The position numbers were made by a program, and so were the translations under genes. Below are positions 56,988 through 64,000 of a stretch of 64,000 nucleotides of DNA, piece by piece (position 1 is the stretch's first letter; the number at the start of each line of letters is the position of its first letter). The notes below the pieces were generated by a model that was not told the origin of the DNA, ran no database searches, and was given only the letters and a program-made list of their open reading frames with translations. The stretch is from an uncultured Lentisphaerota bacterium (GTDB lineage: Bacteria; Verrucomicrobiota; Lentisphaeria; Oligosphaerales; CAITYL01). The stretch spans positions 29,040 through 93,039 of the forward strand of contig CAIXRA010000076.1 of assembly GCA_903921725.1 (NCBI GenBank). The letters are read 5' to 3'.

Positions 56988-58646
56988 ATGGCTGGCGACG
57001 CCGCAAACCGCAACCTGAAACCGGCGGGCTTCCTCCTGCTTTTCCTCCTGCTGTCCCTCGCCCTGTACGCCCCCGTGCTTTCCAGCCGGGAGTACGTCTA
57101 TGACGGCAAGCTGCAGATCGAACGCCTGCACGCGCCGTTCCTCGGCGAACGCCCGCTTGCGGAACGGAGCGCCGGCGAATGCATCGCCGTCCTTGCCGAT
57201 CCCGTGCGATTCGGCCCCGCGACCAGCCACCTCTCCTGGCGGCCGCTGACGGCGCTGACGACGATCTTCGTGGACTCCCGCCTCTTCCGCGAGACCCCGG
57301 CGCTTTCCCTCGCGCTCAACCTTCTGCTCCACGGCCTCAACGCCTGGCTGCTTTTCCTCTGCCTCCGGCGGTTCCTGCCCCGCCGCCCGGCCCCATGCAC
57401 GCCGGACAACGGCGACAATAATGGCCCGGCCGCCGCCGGCGCCTTCCTGTTCCTCCTGCACCCCCTGAACAGCGAGGCGGTCCTCTGCGCCGGATTCCGC
57501 CCGGATCTCGTTTCCGCCACCCTGATACTGGCCGCAACGCTTCTTCTCCTGCCCGCCCCGCCGGCCGGCGGGGGGATCGGGCGCCCAACCGCACTCCGCC
57601 TTGCCGCCGCCGCCGCCGTCACCGCCGCCGCCCTGCTCTTCAAGGAGATTGCCGCCGCCGCGGTCGTCCTGCTTCCGCTGCTGCTGCTCCTGAAGCCGGA
57701 CGGCGGCGGGTGGAAAACGCGGGGCCGCACCGCGCTCGTCCTGGCGGCGGTGCTGGCCGGGGTCTTCGCCATCTTCCTTGCGGCCTGGTTCCGCTTCCGC
57801 GCACCGGTGAATCCGTCCCAATTCCTTGGCGGCGGCGGACGCGCGCTCGGCGTCGCCAACGGCATCACGGCGCTGTGGGAAATCTACGCGCATCGGCTGG
57901 CATGGCCTTGGCCGCTGCGGGTCGCCCACCCGTTCGAACCGGTCGCTTCCCTGGCGGCGGCGCGCTTCCTGTGGGCGGCGGCGGCCACCGCCGGGCTTCT
58001 TGCCGCGGCGGCGTTCCTTTTCCGGCGCAACCGCACCGCGCTTTTCGGACTGGCCTGGACTGCCGTCTGCTTCCTGCCCTACCTCCAGCTCGTGCCGATC
58101 CCCGACCCGGTGGCCGAACGCTTTGCCTACGTCCCCATGGCAGGCGTCGCCATGCTCGTCGCCGCGCTGGCCTGGCAATTCCGGCCGTTGGCCGAAACCC
58201 GCCCGCCGCTGCGCCGGGTTTGCCTCGCGGTCGGAATCGGCCTGGCGCTGCTGTATGCGGGAATGGACCTCCGCCGCAGTCTCGACTGGCGGACCGACAT
58301 CGGCCTGAACATCGCCAACTGGGAGGAGGCCGGCGACACCAGTCCCGCCGCCCTGGAGAATCTTGGCGCGCTCTACCAGATGAAGGCGCACGGCCTGCGC
58401 GCCGAACAGCGGCCCGCCGCCGTGCGGGAATGTCTGGATAAAGCGGGGGAAGCCCTGGCGCGCCTCCGTGCCATGCGGCCGCAAAATGTGGCGGGCTGGC
58501 GCCTAAGCGCGGCCTGGGCCGCCGCCACAGGCCGGCCGGAGGAGGCGCGGGCCTTCATCCGCGAAGCTCTGCGGCTCAGCCCCGGCGATGCGGAGGCCCG
58601 CGAAATGGCCGGCAAGCTCGGCGTCCCGGAGACGGGGAATGGATGA
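56988..58646 (+). CDS. TMTC-like polytopic membrane protein (GT-C-like) with short TPR tail
   Basis: WRPL, NLLLHGLN, LFLLHPLNSEAV, LLFKE, AERFAYVP, W.TD..L, C-terminal TPR. Confidence 0.75.
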   Translation: MAGDAANRNLKPAGFLLLFLLLSLALYAPVLSSREYVYDGKLQIERLHAPFLGERPLAERSAGECIAVLADPVRFGPATSHLSWRPLTALTTIFVDSRLFRETPALSLALNLLLHGLNAWLLFLCLRRFLPRRPAPCTPDNGDNNGPAAAGAFLFLLHPLNSEAVLCAGFRPDLVSATLILAATLLLLPAPPAGGGIGRPTALRLAAAAAVTAAALLFKEIAAAAVVLLPLLLLLKPDGGGWKTRGRTALVLAAVLAGVFAIFLAAWFRFRAPVNPSQFLGGGGRALGVANGITALWEIYAHRLAWPWPLRVAHPFEPVASLAAARFLWAAAATAGLLAAAAFLFRRNRTALFGLAWTAVCFLPYLQLVPIPDPVAERFAYVPMAGVAMLVAALAWQFRPLAETRPPLRRVCLAVGIGLALLYAGMDLRRSLDWRTDIGLNIANWEEAGDTSPAALENLGALYQMKAHGLRAEQRPAAVRECLDKAGEALARLRAMRPQNVAGWRLSAAWAAATGRPEEARAFIREALRLSPGDAEAREMAGKLGVPETGNG

Positions 58647-58769
58647 GCGTGGAAGCGGACGGACGCTCCGCGCGGGACCGCTTTGAAGCGGGCCGGTGGT
58701 GAAGCCGCATAATCATGGCGCGGCCGCATTCCAAAACGGCGGGTGCGGCATTATGTTCCACTCCTCAAC

Positions 58770-60890
58770 ATGCAGAGCAACCGGTCCAACTTGCTGGCGG
58801 ATCTTTTCCGCAACGAACGAATCCTCGCGCTGCTGCTCGTGATGGCGGCGGTGGCGCTGTACGCCCCGGCGCTGAACGGCGCCTTCATCTGGGATGATCC
58901 GGCCATGCTCTGGACGAACCCGGCGGTGACGGCGCACGCCGGCGGTCTTTGGGAAATCTGGACGGGACGGGGCACGCCGGATTATTTCCCGCTCACATCG
59001 ACCGTGTTCTGGACCGAATGGCGGCTGTGGGGGATGAGCCCGCTGGGGTACCGCCTGCTGAACGTCCTGCTGCACGCCGGAAGCGCGCTTCTGCTGTGGC
59101 GCGTCCTGCTGCGGCTGCGGGTGCACTGGGCCTGGGGCGGCGCGCTGCTGTTCGCGCTACATCCACTGGCCGTAGGGTCCGTCGCTTGGATCGCGGAACT
59201 AAAGAACACGCTGTCCCTGCCTCTCGCCCTGCTCGCCCTGCTCTGCTATCTCCGCTTCGTGGAGGAAGGCGGGCGGTGGTGGTACGGCGCGGCGCTGGCG
59301 GCGTTCCTGCTCGCGCTGCTGGCCAAAACCTCAGTGGTGATGCTGCCGCTGCTCCTGCTGCTGCTGGCCTTCCAGCGCGGAGATGATTGGCGGCGGACGC
59401 TTGCCCGGACCGCACCGTTTTTTGCGCTGGCGCTGGTGTTGGGGCTGGTGACCGTCCATTTTCAGGCGACGCAGGCGGGGGCCGCCGTAGAGCCGGAAAC
59501 CCGGCTGGCCTTTCTCACCCGAATTGAATTCGCTGGCCGTGCCCTGTGGTTCTATCTGGGCAAACTGCTGGTGCCCTCCGGGCTTTGCGCCGTCTATCCC
59601 GCCTGGCGCCCGGCGCCGCAGGCCTGGCTGGCGCTGCTTCCCGCCGCCGCCTGGACGGCGTTTGTTGCGGCGGCGTGGCGGCTGCAGCGGCGGACGTCAG
59701 GCGGCGGCATGGATGCCTGGATGCTGCCGGCCACGCTGACGATCCTGCTGCTGCCGGTCCTGGGGCTGGTGTCGATGTCGTTCCACCAGTACGCCTGGGT
59801 GTCGGACCATCTGGCCTATGTCGCCGTGCCGGTGGCGGCGGCGTTCGCCGCGGCGTGCTGCGGGATGCTATGGAACCGCGGCGGCGGCTTCCGGTCGGCC
59901 GGCGCGCTGCTCTTCCTGGCCGTCGCCGGATGGTGGGGGGCGTTGGCGGCGGAGCAGGTGGCGCTCCATCGGGATCCGGCGGCACTCTGGAACAATGTGA
60001 TCCGCGCCAACCCCGGCTGCTGGGTCGGTTACCACAATGCGGGCGAGGCGCTGATCCGGGAGAGCGTGGACCGCGGCGCGCCCGTCGCTCCGGAAAAGCT
60101 CGGGGCGGCACAACTCCTGTTTCAGGAAGCGCACCGCCGCAAACCGCAGAACATCACCCGCTTCTTCCTCGGCTATGTCAGCGAGAAGCTCGGGCGTCCG
60201 GCGGAGGCCGAAGCCTGGTTCCGCCGCGCGCTGGAGCTCAACCCGGCCGATGTCTGGTCGGAGAAAAAACTGGGGCTTCTCCTGCAGCAGCGCGGGTGCC
60301 ACGCCGAAGCCGAGGACTGCTACCGCGACATCGTCCGCCTGTGGCCCGGCGACGAGGAGGCCCGCTACAACCTGGGCAACGCCCTCGCCGCACAGGACCG
60401 GCCGGCTGAGGCGCTGGCGGCGTACCGCGAAGCGCTGCGCCTGCGGCCGGACTATCCGGAAGCCTCCACGAACGCGGCGGACGCGCTCGCCCGGCTCGGC
60501 AGGCACAAGGAGGCGCTCGACCTTTACTTGTCCGTGGCGCAGGAGCAGCCGCAGGACGCCTCGGCGGCCATGAACGCGGGCTGCGCCTCGCTGCGGGCGG
60601 GCCGGGTGAAGGACGCCATGGCCTGGCTCCTGAAGGCGCGCGCCTTGGATCCGCAGTCGGCCGCCATCCTCCTCAACCTCGGCATCGCCCACGCCAGTTG
60701 CGGCGGGACGGAGGCGGCGTTGGCCTGCTGGCGCGACGTCGCCAAGCTGGAGCCGGCCTCGCCGGAACCGCACCGGCTGGCGGCAAAGGCGCTGGCGGCG
60801 GCCGGACGCGCCGCCGAGGCGGAGTCGGAATCGCTGAGGGCGGCGCAGCTCGAACGCCGGCAATCCATCACCACGCAATCGAAAAAATGA
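58770..60890 (+). CDS. TMTC-like membrane protein (GT-C-like) with multiple TPRs
   Basis: FIWDD, YFPLT, NVLLH, LFALHP..V.SVAWIAELKN, LLAKTS, DHLAY, about 7 TPRs (YNLGNAL). Confidence 0.85.
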   Translation: MQSNRSNLLADLFRNERILALLLVMAAVALYAPALNGAFIWDDPAMLWTNPAVTAHAGGLWEIWTGRGTPDYFPLTSTVFWTEWRLWGMSPLGYRLLNVLLHAGSALLLWRVLLRLRVHWAWGGALLFALHPLAVGSVAWIAELKNTLSLPLALLALLCYLRFVEEGGRWWYGAALAAFLLALLAKTSVVMLPLLLLLLAFQRGDDWRRTLARTAPFFALALVLGLVTVHFQATQAGAAVEPETRLAFLTRIEFAGRALWFYLGKLLVPSGLCAVYPAWRPAPQAWLALLPAAAWTAFVAAAWRLQRRTSGGGMDAWMLPATLTILLLPVLGLVSMSFHQYAWVSDHLAYVAVPVAAAFAAACCGMLWNRGGGFRSAGALLFLAVAGWWGALAAEQVALHRDPAALWNNVIRANPGCWVGYHNAGEALIRESVDRGAPVAPEKLGAAQLLFQEAHRRKPQNITRFFLGYVSEKLGRPAEAEAWFRRALELNPADVWSEKKLGLLLQQRGCHAEAEDCYRDIVRLWPGDEEARYNLGNALAAQDRPAEALAAYREALRLRPDYPEASTNAADALARLGRHKEALDLYLSVAQEQPQDASAAMNAGCASLRAGRVKDAMAWLLKARALDPQSAAILLNLGIAHASCGGTEAALACWRDVAKLEPASPEPHRLAAKALAAAGRAAEAESESLRAAQLERRQSITTQSKK

Positions 60891-60906
60891 AATAGGAGAA
60901 TCTGCC

Positions 60907-61905
60907 ATGGAAAAGGTGAAACTCGGTGTCGTGGGAGTCGGGGCGCTCGGCAAGATCCACGCCAAGCTGTACAAGGATGTGAAGCTGGCGGAGCTGGTCG
61001 GCGTGTACGACCACAGCTTTGAGACGGCGCAGGCCGTCGCCGCGGAGCTCGGCGTGCAGGCGTTCGCCACCATCGGCGAACTGGCGGCGCGGGTGGACGG
61101 CCTCAGCATCGCGGTGCCCACCGACCGGCATCACGAGGTCGTCATGCCGCTGCTCGCGCAGGGGAAACACATTCTGGTCGAGAAACCGATCGCCCAGACC
61201 GTGGCGCAGGCGGAGGCGATGGTCGCGGAGGCCGCGCGCCGGAACCTGGTCCTGGGCGTCGGCCACGTCGAGCGCTACAATCCGGTGCTGGAATGCCTGG
61301 ACCGGACGCCTGGCGAGCCGCGCTTCATCGAGGCGCACCGGCTCGCGCCCTACCCCCCGCCGCGCCCCGGCATGCGTCCGCGCGGCACCGAGGTCAGCGT
61401 CGTGCTCGACCTGATGATTCACGACCTGGACATCATCCTGTACCTCGTCCGTTCGCCGGTGAAGCAGGTGGACGCCGTCGGCGTGGCGATCCTCAGCGAC
61501 AGCGAGGACATCGCCAACGTCCGCATCCTCTTCGAGAGCGGCTGCGTTGCCAACATCACGACCAGCCGCGTCAGCCAGGAGCGCATGCGCAAGATCCGCG
61601 TATTCAAGAACCACGCCTATCTCTCGCTGGATTATCAGGCCAAGAGCGGCGAAACGGTGTACATCGCGCCGGGCATGAAGCTGATCCGCGAGGCGGTGCC
61701 GGTGGAGGACGCCAACGCGCTGCTGTGCGAGCTGGAGGAATTCTGCCGCTGCGTCGCGGAGTCGAAGGCCACCGGAAAGTCACCCGCGCCCAAGGTCAGC
61801 GGCGAGGACGGGCTGCAGGCGCTGGCGCTGGCGGAATTGGTCCTCGCCAAGATCAAGGAGGCGGATATCGGCCGGCCGGACCTGTCCGCGCTAAAGTCTG
61901 GCTGA
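60907..61905 (+). CDS. Gfo/Idh/MocA family oxidoreductase (GnnA-like)
   Basis: GVGALG, AVPT..H, EKPI, VGHVERYNP, DLMIHDLD. Confidence 0.88.
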   Translation: MEKVKLGVVGVGALGKIHAKLYKDVKLAELVGVYDHSFETAQAVAAELGVQAFATIGELAARVDGLSIAVPTDRHHEVVMPLLAQGKHILVEKPIAQTVAQAEAMVAEAARRNLVLGVGHVERYNPVLECLDRTPGEPRFIEAHRLAPYPPPRPGMRPRGTEVSVVLDLMIHDLDIILYLVRSPVKQVDAVGVAILSDSEDIANVRILFESGCVANITTSRVSQERMRKIRVFKNHAYLSLDYQAKSGETVYIAPGMKLIREAVPVEDANALLCELEEFCRCVAESKATGKSPAPKVSGEDGLQALALAELVLAKIKEADIGRPDLSALKSG

Positions 61906-61949
61906 GGCGCCCGGCGGTTCCCGCCCGGGTCATCCACAAAACATGCGGG

Positions 61950-62636
61950 TCAACGGGAGATGCGGCTTTTTTCCACCCGGAAGAAGGCGGAAACCCGCAG
62001 CATGCAGAACAGCCATGAGATGACGATGAAACCCTGCATGGTGATGAGGATGAATTGGAGCGCGGACTCCATGTCCATCCACACCGCGGCCTGCTTTGCC
62101 AGAAACTGCTGGACCGCCAACGCGTCCGGCAGGCGGAAGGCGTTCCGCGCCAGGTCAAGGATGCAGACGCGGCTCCCCGCCAGCCCCACGGCGGTGAGGG
62201 CGGCGACGGCAAGCACGCCAACCACCAGCAGGACGACGTAGGCCCGACGGTTGAGGCAGAGGCACAGCATGCCGTCCGCCATCCGGCCCAGCATTGTCTT
62301 TTCCGCGCGGAAATTCATCTGCATCCGCCGCTTGCCGGCGCCGCCGCGGCACCACAAGTACGACTGGACCAGAACCACGATGCCGAGGACGCCGGCAAGG
62401 GTTGCGAGAACGAAAACCTGCCGCCGCATGGACGGTTGCAGGTTGCCGATCTTGTGCACAATCTGATCCTTGTCAACGATGCCCTTCACCGCATCAGAAA
62501 GATCGACCAGCGCACCGCTGACGCTGTGGACACAGGAAAGGGAGTTGAGCGCACACAGGGTTCCAATGATTCCGATGATGAATATGATGAAGCACGTGCT
62601 GGCCAGCGGCGCATCTACTGATCGTGTCTTCCGCAT
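61950..62636 (-). CDS. Hypothetical membrane protein (4 TM)
   Basis: Four hydrophobic segments; AAGGGGA RBS upstream. Confidence 0.6.
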   Translation of the reverse strand: MRKTRSVDAPLASTCFIIFIIGIIGTLCALNSLSCVHSVSGALVDLSDAVKGIVDKDQIVHKIGNLQPSMRRQVFVLATLAGVLGIVVLVQSYLWCRGGAGKRRMQMNFRAEKTMLGRMADGMLCLCLNRRAYVVLLVVGVLAVAALTAVGLAGSRVCILDLARNAFRLPDALAVQQFLAKQAAVWMDMESALQFILITMQGFIVISWLFCMLRVSAFFRVEKSRISR

Positions 62637-62727
62637 GCAATCCCCTTAGTACTTATCCGGATAAGCACTCAATCCGAATCTGAACGCTTTTTCGAGTGGA
62701 TAATCTACCATACACTGAAGCGGCGTG

Positions 62728-63351
62728 TCAAGGCGCTTTTATGAGATAGGGATTTTCCGCCGCTTCCGTGCCGACGGTGGTGGAGCCGCCGTGCCCCGGG
62801 AAGACCCGCGTCGCCGCCGGAAGCACCAGCAGTTTTTCGCGGATCGAGCGCTGGAGCGCGTCCGCATCGCCGCAGTGAAGGTCGGTGCGCCCGACGGAAC
62901 CGGCAAAGAGCGTGTCGCCTGTGAACAGGGCTGCGGAATCCGCGAAGTAATAGCAGACCCCGCCGCGGGTGTGGCCGGGAGTCTCCAACACGGAAAACGC
63001 CAGGCCCGGCACAATCGGAACCGCAGCTGCCGGCTCCGGAAGATCCCGCGCGGCGGGCACCCACGGCGGCAGCGCGTTCGCCGGGCTGCGGTACAGCGGC
63101 AGTTCGGCCGGGTGCAGCCACACCGGAATGCCGTGCTTCCCCGCCAGCGCGCCGACGGCGCCGATGTGATCCACATGCCCGTGCGTGAGCAGGATTGCCG
63201 CCGGCCTGAGAGCGTGCGCGGCAAGTGCCGCATCGACCTTGGCGGGCTCCGCGCCGGGGTCGATGACCAGCGCGGATTCCTCACCCTCCGCCCAGACCAG
63301 ATAGCAGTTCACATCCAGAAAACCGACGGGGATGCATTCCATGCGGATCAT
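62728..63351 (-). CDS. MBL-fold metallo-hydrolase (glyoxalase II-like)
   Basis: NCY, IDPG, THGHVDH, TPGHT, GDTLF..SVGRTD, PGHG. Confidence 0.92.
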   Translation of the reverse strand: MIRMECIPVGFLDVNCYLVWAEGEESALVIDPGAEPAKVDAALAAHALRPAAILLTHGHVDHIGAVGALAGKHGIPVWLHPAELPLYRSPANALPPWVPAARDLPEPAAAVPIVPGLAFSVLETPGHTRGGVCYYFADSAALFTGDTLFAGSVGRTDLHCGDADALQRSIREKLLVLPAATRVFPGHGGSTTVGTEAAENPYLIKAP

Positions 63352-63516
63352 GATGGCGGTGTCCGGTTGCGGCGGTGGCGGTTGTTTTTGGTCGTGAGAC
63401 TTTACTCCGCCCCGGAGTGAATGCAACCGTCCCGCGCCTTTGCACGCGCGCGGTTGCCCGGCCTGCTTCGCGGTGCTATTTTACCCGTTCCAATTTCGGA
63501 ACCCACGGAGATGATC

Positions 63517-64000
63517 ATGGCGGTAACGGCAAACCAGGAAAAGATGGAAAAAATCGTGGCGCTCTGCAAGCGCCGCGGCTTCGTCTTTCAGAGCTCGGAA
63601 ATCTACGGCGGCATCAACGGCTTCTGGGACTACGGCCCGCTGGGCGTGACGCTGCGCCGCACGGTCGAGGGACTGTGGTGGAAGTACATGGTGACGGACC
63701 GCGACAACATCGAGGGGCTCGACTCCACCATCATCTGCCATCCGCGCGTCTGGCACGCCTCCGGCCATGTGGCGCAGTTCAGCGACCTGATGGTGGACTG
63801 CCTGGAGTGCAAGAAGCGCTTCCGCGACGACCAGCTCCAGGAAAAAGGGGTCTGCCCCGCCTGCGGCTCAAAGAAGATGACGGAGCCGCGCGAGTTCAAC
63901 CTGATGATGAAGACCTACGTCGGCCCGGTGGCGGACGAGGAGCACATCGCCTACCTGCGCGCCGAGAGCTGCCAGCCGATCTTCGTGGACTTCGACCAGG
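63517..64000 (+). CDS. glyQS: Glycine--tRNA ligase, alpha2 type (partial, runs off right edge)
   Basis: Hand translation: MEKIVALCKRRGFVFQSSEIYGG.NGFWDYGPLG...ASGHV..FSD...FNLMMKT...YLRAE. Confidence 0.93.
   Translation, partial: MAVTANQEKMEKIVALCKRRGFVFQSSEIYGGINGFWDYGPLGVTLRRTVEGLWWKYMVTDRDNIEGLDSTIICHPRVWHASGHVAQFSDLMVDCLECKKRFRDDQLQEKGVCPACGSKKMTEPREFNLMMKTYVGPVADEEHIAYLRAESCQPIFVDFDQ

Overview
High-GC (roughly 65-70% by eye) bacterial chromosomal window. It is most likely from a PVC-superphylum organism, probably Lentisphaerae-like; this is inferred from a DUF1559-type pseudopilin, tandem TMTC-like TPR membrane proteins, alpha2-type GlyRS and cdaA-cdaR. Housekeeping genes include miaA, cdaA/cdaR, trmL, argH, holA, ftsQ, aroA, a rarA fusion, serC, tRNA-Leu(TAG), purF, pyrG, aspS and a partial glyQS. 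No integrase, transposase, RT, CRISPR array or rRNA is visible. The most unusual region is a ~11.7 kb minus-strand run (40046 to 28370): DUF2330 protein, HTH/Zn-ribbon protein, a pseudopilin gene bracketed by two 103-bp direct repeats that fold into bulged hairpins, a small membrane protein, three SPFH (HflK/HflC/HflK-like) genes without ftsH, and a P1B-ATPase with a non-canonical metal-binding signature. Also notable are a GH84 / Cys-His-discoidin / single-Cys thioredoxin-like cluster, several lower-GC single-gene insertions, and many short-period (7/8/9-bp) tandem repeats and REP/REPIN-like palindromes in intergenic gaps. All calls come from reading motifs by eye; no searches were run. Start codons are best guesses.
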